A DNA stretch of 46,905 nucleotides from assembly GCA_038128265.1 (NCBI GenBank), contig JAYPJE010000002.1, positions 48,754-95,658 of the forward strand, read 5' to 3'. Within the stretch, counting starts at the first letter, position 1; the number at the start of each line of letters is the position of its first letter. Origin of the DNA: Gemmatimonadota bacterium. GTDB lineage: Bacteria; Latescibacterota; UBA2968; UBA8231. Positions 18,503-27,969 of the stretch are shown in pieces. The notes below the pieces were generated by a model. It was not told the DNA's origin. It saw only the letters and a list, made by a program, of their open reading frames with translations, and searched no databases. A program made the translations under genes and the position numbers.

Positions 18503-20284
18503 GTGACTGGTTCACCAAGTATTGCAGAAACGCTGGAAGCCAATCTCGGCCTTTTCGATGGAGATGTGCGCCACGATCAGGTGAATCGCGCTATTGCCGG
18601 CGGTCGTAGAACGATTCTATTGGGTGAGCAGACGCGCCTGCCCTACTTCCCAGACGATGATCGCCTGCCCAAACTTCACGCCGGCGATCCGCTGGTCTTG
18701 CTCCTGTGGAAAGTCCTCAAGAAAATACCTGATACTCTGCGCGATGCGATTGTCGATGCGCCGATCAGTCTAACGCTCGTGCGCAGCGATAGCCTGCTTT
18801 TTTTTGAAAATTACCGCTGCCACCAGGCATTGCATATAGGCTGCAGGCGTCGCACGATTTACCTGCCGGAAATCCTCCTATATTCAGCCGAAGAGCGCGG
18901 CTATGATTACTGGGCGCTTGCCGAAGGACTGATTTTTTCCGCGTGGCTTCTGCTCGACTATTTACTTTTGGTCGAGGTCGTAAAATCCTATAGCGACCTG
19001 CTCCGTCAATATCCCAACTATCGGCTTGGGGAAGCGCTGCAGCTAAAGTTGATTGAGCAAGGCAATGGCCATCGCCGCGATAGCATTGACGCACACCGTT
19101 CGGAGGTGGGCGAGTTTGCCGATGCCTATCGCCGCCGCCTGCTGGCTCTGCGACCGGAAGAGGCGATAAACGGAGACAGCTTTGCCATTGCGCGCGCGCT
19201 GTTTGATGCCGAGGTAGAAATGCGCTGGGCCCAGGACAAGATGGAGCGGATAGCGCAGGTTTTTGACTACCCGCGCCTCTTCTTGTTTGACCGCGATATC
19301 ATCCATGGCACAGCGCGCGAACTGGCCGAGGCGCGCAGCCTGCCAATTGAACCGCGGTCATTTTCCGATGTCTTGCACGACTACCGCGACGCGATGCGCT
19401 TTGAGAGCCGTCCGCTTAAAGCGACGCTGGGCAAGAGCGTTATGCCCAAGCCGCGCGCAGTTTTCTTGCAGTCTGTCGTAGCATTGGGCGCACGCGGATT
19501 GCGCGGATTTCTCGTGGCCTATGGCGAGCGGCCCGAAGGAGAAGTGCGCGACCTAATGCATCCGCTGTGGATGTATCTGTGCTCGTTGAGCTCCGATCCA
19601 GCGGGCGTTTTTTCGCGCATGGGTCGCTGTCGGGCCATTGGCCGCGAGGGCATAGGAGAAGATTGGGAGCGGCATTTGGCTGGCGTATTAATTCGTTTAG
19701 ATCGGGCGGAAAATTTTCAGCAGCTGGTATCGGAAGTGGGGGAAATGGGCGAGGGGGCACGCGTCGAGTTAGAGGAGCTAGTGCGCGTTCAGCGCATGGG
19801 GGAAGAAGACGAATGGGAGGCGTTTAAGGGGCGCAAGCAGGGAATCGTGACGCACGCCTGCATGGTGCTTGATACCCTAGACGGCGTAGTCGATAGCAAG
19901 GGGCAGACCAATTGGCACGAAGACGAGCGCATTCGCCAGGCGCTGGCGGATCGGCCGCATCGGCTCAGCTCTGATCCGAGCGGCGTTTTGATGTATATGC
20001 GCACCTACCAAAATGTGATTGAGCGCTTTGGTGGTGACGACCCCGATAGCCTCTTTATGCTCGCCTCTATTTTGCTGCGTTTAGATAAGGCGGAGAATTA
20101 TCCCGAGTTGCTGGAGTGCATTTACGCGATGGAAACGCCGGCGTTCTCTGCGCTGCATAACGCATTTGAGCAAATACCCGAACGCGATGTGCAGCGCCAG
20201 GAAATACTCAAGCAAGCGCGTATTCTGTGGGGGCGCATGATGGCGCGCACGCGTCGCAGAGCGGCCAGGAGGAAAAACGTATGA
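18503..20284 (+). CDS. Hypothetical helical protein with internal duplication
   Basis: Long ORF with GGAGG RBS before GTG 18503; stop overlaps the next ATG; no family recognised. Confidence 0.8.
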   Translation: MTGSPSIAETLEANLGLFDGDVRHDQVNRAIAGGRRTILLGEQTRLPYFPDDDRLPKLHAGDPLVLLLWKVLKKIPDTLRDAIVDAPISLTLVRSDSLLFFENYRCHQALHIGCRRRTIYLPEILLYSAEERGYDYWALAEGLIFSAWLLLDYLLLVEVVKSYSDLLRQYPNYRLGEALQLKLIEQGNGHRRDSIDAHRSEVGEFADAYRRRLLALRPEEAINGDSFAIARALFDAEVEMRWAQDKMERIAQVFDYPRLFLFDRDIIHGTARELAEARSLPIEPRSFSDVLHDYRDAMRFESRPLKATLGKSVMPKPRAVFLQSVVALGARGLRGFLVAYGERPEGEVRDLMHPLWMYLCSLSSDPAGVFSRMGRCRAIGREGIGEDWERHLAGVLIRLDRAENFQQLVSEVGEMGEGARVELEELVRVQRMGEEDEWEAFKGRKQGIVTHACMVLDTLDGVVDSKGQTNWHEDERIRQALADRPHRLSSDPSGVLMYMRTYQNVIERFGGDDPDSLFMLASILLRLDKAENYPELLECIYAMETPAFSALHNAFEQIPERDVQRQEILKQARILWGRMMARTRRRAARRKNV

Positions 20285-21354
20285 AGTGTGGTTGGTGGGT
20301 GTCGCTGCTGTTGATCGGCTGCGCGTCTCTGGGGGGAAAGCCGGGAGGGCAACCCGAACTCGCCACTGTCGCCGCGGATATGGTCGAAGAGCTTGGCGGC
20401 GTGGACTCCGAATTGACATGGGTTGGTTTGCGCGATGCCAGTGGCAAGCAAACACCATCGACGGAGGCAGTGGAACAATACCTTGTTTCGGCGCTGGTGC
20501 GCTCGCGCAGGCCTTTTTCCTTGGCCGACAATACATCGAGCACTTGGCCCGCTGATTCAGTGATTGGCGACGGTACATACGATACGCGCTGGGCGCTGGG
20601 GGGCCGGTTGTCCGAGGACGGTTCGTCGGCGTATCTGCGCCTATTCTTGGTCGATCTCCAACAGGGCGAAATTGTGCAAACGGGCGTGCGCAGTGTGCGC
20701 CGTGCGCACGTAGAAAAGGAAGTCGCACTGCGCGCGCGTGCGGAAGGACTGGGGAATACGATTTTGCCTTTAGACGTTGAGCTGCACTGGGTGCTGCTGC
20801 GCAAAGAGGGCGAACTTCGCGAGCCCGTCAAACTGAGCGAGGGAATGAGCGTGCGCGAAGGCGATGAACTGCAGGTGCGCTTTCGCCTGAGTCGCGATGC
20901 GCAGGTCTTGGCCTTTCTGTACAGTTCAGAGGGCGAAGTGCTGTCGCTGGTTCCCGATGAGTTTCGCTATTCGGGATTGCCCTACTACGGACCGAGCGAA
21001 AATGGCTGGGTGACACTCAACGAGCTGGATCGGGTCTATACCGTTTACTTTATGGCTGGCCCTCGCCTATTGGAAGAAAATGCGGATGAGTTTTACGAAC
21101 GGCTCGACGAATTGGTCGAGCAGGGACAGGTAGACCGCTTTGTCGGATTGGCCAAGCAGGACGAAGTGGTTGTAGAGTTTTTGCAGCGCAGTTTTTCAGG
21201 CAATGTATCGATCGAAGTGGTGCGCGATGGTGCGGTCATCGCCGACGGCCGAGAGGAAACGTTGGTATACAGTGATGGCACGCGCTTGCAGAGCATCGCA
21301 GAAAAGCTGAGCGCTCCCGTAGTCGTGCGCGCAATTAGCTTTTCGATTCAGTAA
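20281..21354 (+). CDS. Lipoprotein with FlgO/CsgG-like N-terminal domain and DUF4384-like domain
   Basis: MKCGWWVSLLLIGC lipobox; LRLFLVDLQQGEIV; VREGDELQVRFRLSRDAQVLAFLYSSEGEVLSLVP resembles DUF4384; ATGA overlap and AGGAGG RBS. Confidence 0.6.
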   Translation: MKCGWWVSLLLIGCASLGGKPGGQPELATVAADMVEELGGVDSELTWVGLRDASGKQTPSTEAVEQYLVSALVRSRRPFSLADNTSSTWPADSVIGDGTYDTRWALGGRLSEDGSSAYLRLFLVDLQQGEIVQTGVRSVRRAHVEKEVALRARAEGLGNTILPLDVELHWVLLRKEGELREPVKLSEGMSVREGDELQVRFRLSRDAQVLAFLYSSEGEVLSLVPDEFRYSGLPYYGPSENGWVTLNELDRVYTVYFMAGPRLLEENADEFYERLDELVEQGQVDRFVGLAKQDEVVVEFLQRSFSGNVSIEVVRDGAVIADGREETLVYSDGTRLQSIAEKLSAPVVVRAISFSIQ

Positions 21355-21378
21355 ACGTTCAAACTGGGAGAACAGTAG

Positions 21379-22152
21379 ATGGCACACGTCAAGATTACAT
21401 ACATAGGCCACGCATCCTTTTGCTTTGAGTCGCAAAAGGGAACAAGCGTTTATTTCGACGCGTGGCTAGACGACAATCCGCTGGCCAAGCTTAAACTAGC
21501 CCAAGTTAAAAAGGCCGATATCGTCGTCGCCAGTCACGGCCACAACGATCACATAGGCGATAGTTTTGCGCTGTGCAAGAAAACGCGCGCCAAATTTGTA
21601 GGTAATTACGAACTATGCCTGGCCGCCCAGGCCAACGGGCTTGCATTGGGTTCGCGCGCTCTGCCGCTCAATCCAGGGGGCTCGACAAAGATAAAAGACG
21701 TGCAATTGACTATGGTCCAGGCTTTTCATTCGCTGTCGATGTCTCCGCGCGTCTTGCCGGGACCGTTGGAACAGGGGCAGGTTTTTCACGCCGATGGCAC
21801 CGTGGGGGGCTATGTAATGGCTTTTGATAACGGCATTAGCATATACGATACCTCGGATACGTGTTTGTTTAGCGACATGCAGCTGATCGGGCAGATGTAC
21901 GGTCCCCAGGTGGCCATCTTACCCGTGGGGGGTAAGTTCACTATGGGAGTGCGCGAGGCGGCGCGCGCCGCCAGCTACATTCGTCCCGATGTGGTCATTC
22001 CCTGTCACTATGGTGAGGCGATGGGGCAGCCGGCCGACATAGAAGAGCTAAAGGCACAGGTGGCGTTCCTCTCGCCCAATACGAAAGTTGTTGCACTGAA
22101 GCCCGGCCAGTCGCTCACCTACACGGCGAGCTCGTATAGAGTGGGAAGGTAA
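21379..22152 (+). CDS. Metallo-beta-lactamase-fold hydrolase (UPF0173-like)
   Basis: ITYIGHA, SHGHNDHIGD, DT-x-LFSDM, LPVGGKFTMG, IPCHY. Confidence 0.9.
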   Translation: MAHVKITYIGHASFCFESQKGTSVYFDAWLDDNPLAKLKLAQVKKADIVVASHGHNDHIGDSFALCKKTRAKFVGNYELCLAAQANGLALGSRALPLNPGGSTKIKDVQLTMVQAFHSLSMSPRVLPGPLEQGQVFHADGTVGGYVMAFDNGISIYDTSDTCLFSDMQLIGQMYGPQVAILPVGGKFTMGVREAARAASYIRPDVVIPCHYGEAMGQPADIEELKAQVAFLSPNTKVVALKPGQSLTYTASSYRVGR

Positions 22153-22156
22153 GCGC

Positions 22157-22192
22157 GTGCTGGACGCACTGCGGCGATAGTGCGTCCAGCAC
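22157..22192. terminator. Perfect 14-bp hairpin between convergent genes (probable bidirectional terminator)
   Basis: GTGCTGGACGCACT (22157-22170), 8-nt loop, AGTGCGTCCAGCAC (22179-22192); no clear U-tract. Confidence 0.65.
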
Positions 22193-22205
22193 CGAAAAGG
22201 GATGC

Positions 22206-23396
22206 TTAGAGAACGGCTGCGATGGCGGTGCAGAGCGCGTCCATATTTGCAGCGGTCATACCGGCGACGTTGATGCGTCCACCGCCGACAATGTAAATGG
22301 CATATTCTTCGCGCAGGCGCTGCACTTGATCATCGCTGAGTCCTGAGTAGGAGAACATACCGCGCTGGCGAGCAATAAAAGAAAAGTCGCCCTGGGCGCC
22401 TTTGGCACTTAGGGTGTCGACAAAGAGCTGGCGCATGCCGTTTATGCGCGCGCGCATCGCAGCCACTTCGCTTTCCCACTGCGCCCGCAGCGTCTCATCC
22501 GACAAAATTTCTGCGACGATCGCCGAGCCGTGTGCCGGTGGGTTAGAATAACTGGTGCGCACGGCAATTTTGAGGTGGCTTAGGCCGCGCGCCGCTGCAC
22601 CATCGTCGGCTGCCACGAGCGTGAGGGCGCCAATGCGCTCCTGGTAGAGACCAAAGTTTTTAGAAAACGACGAGGCGACGAGCAACTCCAGGCCAGGACG
22701 ACATAGGGCGCGCAGGCCAGAGGCGTCTCTGTTGAGCCCGTCGCCAAACCCCTGATAGGCAAAGTCGACTAGGGGTAGCCAGCCGCGCTCCTGTGCGGCA
22801 TCGGCGATTTGCTCCCATTGGGCCGGTGTCGGATCGACGCCAGTTGGATTGTGGCAGCAGCCGTGCAGCAGCACGACGTCGCCCGCCGGGATTTCATTCA
22901 GCGCCGCTAGCATGGCGGAAAAATCGAGGCCGTTGTTGGTCGCATCGAAATAGGGATAGCTCTGCACGTCAATACCGGCTGCCTGGAATATCTTGGGGTG
23001 GTTGGCCCAAGTTGGCTGGCTGAGCCACAGGCGTGCGTTGGGGAAATGGCGATGCAAAAAGTCACCCGCGATGCGCAATGCGCCGGTGCCTCCGGGGCTC
23101 TGCACCGTTACCGCACGCTCGCTGCGCACGATTTCGTGGTCGTCGCCCAGCAGCAGGCTCTGCACGGCGCGATTGTATTCGGGGGTCCCATCGATCGCAA
23201 GATAGCTCTTGGAAGTGGCACTGGCGAGGATGCGCTTCTCCGCTTCAGCTACCGACGGAAGGATTGGCGTCTTGCCCGCATCGTCCTGATATACGCCGAC
23301 GCCTAAGTTGATCTTGTTGGGGTTATCGTCGCTTTTGAAGGCGGCGCTAAGGCCCAAAATGGGATCGGCCGGCGCCATATCTAATTTTTCGAACAT
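22206..23396 (-). CDS. aspC: Aspartate/aromatic amino acid aminotransferase (class I)
   Basis: APADPILGL, INLGVGVY, GGTGALR, LLHGCCHNPTG, DFAYQGFG, SFSKNFGLY-x-ER, GRINVAG. Confidence 0.93.
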   Translation of the reverse strand: MFEKLDMAPADPILGLSAAFKSDDNPNKINLGVGVYQDDAGKTPILPSVAEAEKRILASATSKSYLAIDGTPEYNRAVQSLLLGDDHEIVRSERAVTVQSPGGTGALRIAGDFLHRHFPNARLWLSQPTWANHPKIFQAAGIDVQSYPYFDATNNGLDFSAMLAALNEIPAGDVVLLHGCCHNPTGVDPTPAQWEQIADAAQERGWLPLVDFAYQGFGDGLNRDASGLRALCRPGLELLVASSFSKNFGLYQERIGALTLVAADDGAAARGLSHLKIAVRTSYSNPPAHGSAIVAEILSDETLRAQWESEVAAMRARINGMRQLFVDTLSAKGAQGDFSFIARQRGMFSYSGLSDDQVQRLREEYAIYIVGGGRINVAGMTAANMDALCTAIAAVL

Positions 23397-23462
23397 TGCG
23401 TACCTTTGCGTGAATTAGGTGTGGAACTCATAAAATAGCTAAGATGGAACAAGAGGAAAACC

Positions 23463-24143
23463 GTGTTTAAAAAGCTTCTGCGCGCCTGCGGGTATGACCT
23501 GCGGCGGCGGCGGTGGACGCCGACTCATTTAGCCAGACTAATTGACGCGCGCACCGTAGTAGACGTAGGCGTGGCCTTTGGCACTTGGGAACTCTACAGG
23601 GCGTTTCCGCAGGCGCATTTTCTGCTGGTGGAGCCGCTGCGAGACTACGAGCCCGACCTGCAAAAAATCGCTGCACAGTACCGCTGCGATATCGTGTATA
23701 AAGCGCTAGGAGAGGCGGAAGAGCGTCGCGAGATCAACGTGGATCCGCACATTCTGACGCGCTCTTCGCTGCACGAGCGCACGGCGTTGACGTGCACCGG
23801 ATCGCCGTTAGAAACGCGCGAAATAGAGGTGACGACGCTCGATAAGCTGCTCGAATGCCACCCCAACTTGGAGAGACCGCTGCTGCTAAAGATTGATACG
23901 GAAGGGTTTGAGCTGAACGTCATACGCGGCGGGGAGCAGTTCTTGCAGCACACCGACGTAGTAATAGCAGAGGTGTCGATTGCCGAGCGCTTTGCCGGCT
24001 CGTACGCCTTTGCCGAGTTTATCGCCGCCATGGACGAGCGCGGTTTTGTCGTCCAGGATGTCCTGCGCGTCAGCTATCGTCGCGATGGGGCCGGCGCGCA
24101 AATGGCCGATTTGGCCTTTGTCCGTCGCGCGCGCTTGGCCTAG
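23463..24143 (+). CDS. FkbM family SAM-dependent methyltransferase
   Basis: VVDVGVAFG, LVEP, VTTLD, LKIDTEGFELNVIRGG. Confidence 0.88.
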   Translation: MFKKLLRACGYDLRRRRWTPTHLARLIDARTVVDVGVAFGTWELYRAFPQAHFLLVEPLRDYEPDLQKIAAQYRCDIVYKALGEAEERREINVDPHILTRSSLHERTALTCTGSPLETREIEVTTLDKLLECHPNLERPLLLKIDTEGFELNVIRGGEQFLQHTDVVIAEVSIAERFAGSYAFAEFIAAMDERGFVVQDVLRVSYRRDGAGAQMADLAFVRRARLA

Positions 24144-24616
24144 CGCCGGCGGTAGGTTACAAAAGCTAGGTCATCCTCTTCGCGCCGCGTCACTTCCGCC
24201 CACGCTGAACGATCCCATTCGGGAAAGAATGCATCGCCCTCGACCTCTTGTGGTATAAAGGTCAGCACCATTTCATCCGTTTTATCCAGCGCCTGTCGGT
24301 AGATTTCTGCTCCGCCGAGAACAAAAACCCTGTCCTTGCCCTCTTCGGCCGCGCGTGCAAAAGCGGACTGTAAATCGCTCAATACCACAGCGCCACCCTC
24401 GGCTCGATACGAAGGGTCGCGGCTAAGGACGATATTGAGGCGGCCCGGCAGCGGTCGCACCTGAAAGGACTCGTAGGTTTTGCGCCCTGCGATAACGGGG
24501 TAGCCGCGCGTCGTGTCGCGAAAGTGCTTCATATCGGCCGGATAGTGCCAGGGAATGTCGTTGTCGAGTCCAATGGCGCCGTTGCGGCTGATGGCGGCGA
24601 TAATGGATATAATCAC
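24140..24616 (-). CDS. folA: Dihydrofolate reductase
   Basis: IG-x-x-N-x-IPWHYPADMKHF, GRKTYES, RPLPGRLNIVLSR, VLGGAEIY, EGDAFFP. Confidence 0.95.
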   Translation of the reverse strand: MIISIIAAISRNGAIGLDNDIPWHYPADMKHFRDTTRGYPVIAGRKTYESFQVRPLPGRLNIVLSRDPSYRAEGGAVVLSDLQSAFARAAEEGKDRVFVLGGAEIYRQALDKTDEMVLTFIPQEVEGDAFFPEWDRSAWAEVTRREEDDLAFVTYRRR

Positions 24617-25356
24617 GTCGCTTTTTCTCCCGGGTGAAAGAAGGGATAGACGACCTGGTGGTCGGAGCGCAGGGCTTCGTCATTCGACCCAGTAAAGACG
24701 ACGCGCCCCGCGTCGAGCATGATAAGGCGACCGTTCAGGCGGCCAATGCTCAGCAACTCGTGTGTGACGACGACGATGGTGATGCCCAACTCGCGGTTCA
24801 GGGTGAGCAGGAGCGCGTCTATTTCTGCCGCAGTTACGGGATCGAGCCCGGCGCCCGGTTCGTCGCAAAGCAGGATCTCTGGATCGAGGGCCATGGCCCG
24901 CGCTAGGGCTGCCCGTTTGCGCATGCCGCCCGATAGCTCGTCGGGAAAGCGATCGTAGGCGTGGTCGAGCGAGACGCTGGCCAAGCGCATGCGCACAATG
25001 TCTTCTACCAAGTCTCGAGATAGGTCGGTGTGCATTTCTAGCGGCAGGGCGATATTGTCGCCTACCGTGAGTGAATTGAGCAATGCACCGTACTGAAACA
25101 TAACGCCGAGTCGCACCGCCAGGCGCGGACGGCTGCTCTCGTCGAGCGTAGCGGTGTTGGTGCCGAGCACCTCGACGCGTCCCGAGCGCGGTTGCACTAG
25201 GCCGATAACTGTTTTTAGCAGGGTGCTTTTGCCGCAGCCGCTGCCGCCGAGGATCACGGCTATTTCACCCTGTTCTATGCGCGCGTTGACCCCGTCAAGG
25301 ACGGTCGTCTCGCCATAGGCGACGCGCAAATCGGCGATATTGATGGCCGCTTCCAT
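24613..25356 (-). CDS. mlaF: MlaF/Mkl-type ABC ATP-binding protein
   Basis: GGSGCGKS, FQYGALLNSLTV, ELSGGMRKRAALARA, CDEP-x-AGLDP, VVTH. Confidence 0.9.
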   Translation of the reverse strand: MEAAINIADLRVAYGETTVLDGVNARIEQGEIAVILGGSGCGKSTLLKTVIGLVQPRSGRVEVLGTNTATLDESSRPRLAVRLGVMFQYGALLNSLTVGDNIALPLEMHTDLSRDLVEDIVRMRLASVSLDHAYDRFPDELSGGMRKRAALARAMALDPEILLCDEPGAGLDPVTAAEIDALLLTLNRELGITIVVVTHELLSIGRLNGRLIMLDAGRVVFTGSNDEALRSDHQVVYPFFHPGEKAT

Positions 25357-25357
25357 A

Positions 25358-26446
25358 TCAGTAGAACAGCAGGTTAAAGATCAGGTCCAGCACGATGATG
25401 CCGACGAGCGAACTTACGACCGAAGAGGTAATGGCGCGGCCGACACCTACCGCGCCTCCGCTGAAATTGAGGCCTCGATATACCGATATGACGGTAATGA
25501 TCCAGGCAAAGGAGACGCTTTTGACCAGGCCGGTTGCGATATCTTTAAGAAAGAGCGACGAGATGACCTGGTTGACGAAGGCGACCGGGGCAATGCCCAT
25601 CGACGTAACGCCGACAACGGTGCCGCCAAGAATGCCGATAAAGTCGGCCATTATGGTAAGCAGGGGCATGCTGACGACCATGGCCCACATCTTGGGGACG
25701 GCGACAAAGCGCAGCGGTTCGAGAGCCATGGTGCGCAGCGCGTCGAGCTCCTCGGAAAACTTCATTGTCGCCACTTCTGCGGCAATCGCCGAGCCGGAAC
25801 GGCCAGAGACCATAATGGCGGTCATAAGCGGACCCAATTCGCGCGTGATACCGATGGCCAGCAGGTCGGCGACAAATATATCGGCACCGAATTGGCGCAG
25901 CTGCACGGCCGATTGCAGCGCGGAGACCGCGCCGATGAGAAAGATGATAAGGCCGATAATGGGCAGGGCCTGGGCGCCAATGGCATAGGCCTGATCAACA
26001 AAGGCGTCGCGGCGTATATCGCGCCGATGCCACAGCGCGTGCACGGAAAAGTAGCTCAAGTCCGACATCAGGTAGAGAAAGTCCACTGCCCGTTCGTAGG
26101 ACTGGAGAATGCGTTCGCCCATGCGCTCGAGCACGCCCGCACGCGGCTCTTCGGATGGCGCCAGCGCGCGGCCGGGCGCGGCAAACTCGAAGAGGGGTTG
26201 TAGATGTTGGGGAAGGGGACTCAGCGCTAGCTGACAATCGTGCGCGGCAGCCTGGTCGGGAAGGCGGTGTAGGAATATGGCACCCGCCGTATCGAGGTGG
26301 GTCAGTGCGCTCAGGTCGGCGGTCCAATGCGTCCCCGGCTCGGATGCGAAGAGCTGGCGAATATGCGCGTCGACCTGGGCAAGATTGGCGAGGGAGAGCG
26401 CGTCGTCAAAGACCAGCGTGTGGCCGTCGCTGCGCACGGAGTTCAT
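25358..26446 (-). CDS. mlaE: MlaE-family permease with fused N-terminal STAS (MlaB-like) domain
   Basis: DLSALTHLDTAG (STAS); RELGPLMTAIMVSGRSGSAIAAE, EELDALRTM, VGRAITSSVV. Start ATG 26446 overlaps the upstream stop. Confidence 0.9.
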   Translation of the reverse strand: MNSVRSDGHTLVFDDALSLANLAQVDAHIRQLFASEPGTHWTADLSALTHLDTAGAIFLHRLPDQAAAHDCQLALSPLPQHLQPLFEFAAPGRALAPSEEPRAGVLERMGERILQSYERAVDFLYLMSDLSYFSVHALWHRRDIRRDAFVDQAYAIGAQALPIIGLIIFLIGAVSALQSAVQLRQFGADIFVADLLAIGITRELGPLMTAIMVSGRSGSAIAAEVATMKFSEELDALRTMALEPLRFVAVPKMWAMVVSMPLLTIMADFIGILGGTVVGVTSMGIAPVAFVNQVISSLFLKDIATGLVKSVSFAWIITVISVYRGLNFSGGAVGVGRAITSSVVSSLVGIIVLDLIFNLLFY

Positions 26447-27969
26447 AGCAGGTAGACAAAGCGCAGCAGCGCCTGCTGCTCTGACTGCAGGCGAAGAATG
26501 GGTTTCCTGCGCTGGATATCGACGACCAGGTCGAGGTTGACAAATCGGCTCAGCTGAACGCGCCAGCGGTTTTCCCAAGAGAACTCCCACGAATCCGTTT
26601 TAATACCTGGGATGAGCAGCTCGAATTCCGAGTCCAAGCTGACAAAGCGCGATAGGCGTGAATCCAGCACGAGCAGTGTCTCTAAGCCGATGCTCTTAGC
26701 CGTCTTAATCTGACGGGCGCTGGTGCGGTCTTGGCTCAGGTCGTAGGTGTCGAAGACAAAGGTCTGGCGCGCTCCCAGGCCAAGACGCATCGCCAGGTTG
26801 AGGGGGAAACTGCGCACCAGCTGCGAGTTGATGCCGAATCCCTGGCTGAATTCGAGCGGGCTGAGTGCGGGTGAGATCGTGAACTCGCTAATGTCGGCAA
26901 GCGTCGTCGTGTCGCCGCGCGCGTCGATTTGATAAAGCGTTTGCCGCTGGTCAAAGCGCGCTTCGGTCGCAAATAGCTTGGCCGAGAGCTGTCCGCGCAG
27001 ATAGGGGCCAAAGCGTTCGGAAAGCCCGCGGTGTATGTACGTGCCGCGCAGGTCGAAGTCGTCGATTGCCTTGCGGAAGGCATCGCCCTCTTCGCGGGTA
27101 AACCCCTCTTCGACAATGAGGCGGAGGTTGGCAAAGGTGCGCTCGGAGTTGTAGCTGGCCCGGCCGAATATCTGTGCCGATAGCGAGAAAATAGACAGGT
27201 CGTTGCCCGTCGTATTTTGCGACGTCGTAAACTGGGTTGAACCGCTCAGCTGCCACGAGGTTTTCCAATTAGAGGAACGCCCCTGTCCCAGCAGGGCCTG
27301 CAGGGTCGGCGGGTAAAAGCCAATAAAGCTGAAGCTATTGGTATCGACTACGAGATTGCGCTGGACGAGCTCGCCCGGCTCCAGACGGACGCTGAACTTA
27401 TTGGTTGTGGATATGTTGTCGCCGACGCTGAGCACGGTGTAAACGCCCGCCGGCAGCAGCCAGGTCTTTACGGCCTCGCCGCGCTCTTCCTCGATGCCGA
27501 AGCCAATGCCGTAGTTTTCCTGCTGGTCCTGCCAGTAGAGCTCGTAGGATTCGTTGACCGATGTGCGGTTGGCGTCGATGACGTTGATGACTAGAGCCGA
27601 CCAAAAGGGTTTTACCAGCGTTGTCATGCCTTCGCGCACTTCGACGGTGCGGCTCATCATCTGCGCTATAGAGCCGGAGCCGATAAAGACCTCGTAATAG
27701 CCGGGGGAGAGCAGGATGCCAGTGCCGGGGTTTGCTTCGGCCACCTCGTCTTTGCCCTGGAAAACGCGGTAGCGCGGCTCGTTGAGGGAATTCGACATGG
27801 TGGGCACAAAGAGAAAGCCCTTGCCCATGGGTATGAGCGTTGGATCGCGTTCGAGCTGGGCGCGCGATGGCGCGGCAATCCAGGAATAGCTCTTGTCCTG
27901 AGCTAGCGTATCACTAGCCTGAAAAAAGAGGGCGATAACGAGGATAATGAGTTGGCGCATAGCGTTCAT
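26443..27969 (-). CDS. Predicted outer-membrane beta-barrel protein with N-terminal beta-rich domains (DUF3078-like barrel)
   Basis: Signal peptide MRQLIILVIALFFQASDTLA. The C-terminal half has alternating amphipathic strands (WKTSWQLSGS, FSWENRWRVQLSRFVNLDLVVD, LLRFVYLL). Confidence 0.6.
   Translation of the reverse strand: MNAMRQLIILVIALFFQASDTLAQDKSYSWIAAPSRAQLERDPTLIPMGKGFLFVPTMSNSLNEPRYRVFQGKDEVAEANPGTGILLSPGYYEVFIGSGSIAQMMSRTVEVREGMTTLVKPFWSALVINVIDANRTSVNESYELYWQDQQENYGIGFGIEEERGEAVKTWLLPAGVYTVLSVGDNISTTNKFSVRLEPGELVQRNLVVDTNSFSFIGFYPPTLQALLGQGRSSNWKTSWQLSGSTQFTTSQNTTGNDLSIFSLSAQIFGRASYNSERTFANLRLIVEEGFTREEGDAFRKAIDDFDLRGTYIHRGLSERFGPYLRGQLSAKLFATEARFDQRQTLYQIDARGDTTTLADISEFTISPALSPLEFSQGFGINSQLVRSFPLNLAMRLGLGARQTFVFDTYDLSQDRTSARQIKTAKSIGLETLLVLDSRLSRFVSLDSEFELLIPGIKTDSWEFSWENRWRVQLSRFVNLDLVVDIQRRKPILRLQSEQQALLRFVYLL

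Noticed and set aside
22157..22192. Hairpin as a REP/MITE or CRISPR repeat
   Set aside because: I noticed only one copy in the window, and its position between convergent genes fits a terminator.
23463..24143. FkbM methyltransferase as part of the FkbH cluster
   Set aside because: It lies more than 20 kb away and shares only the naming; there is no evidence of linkage.
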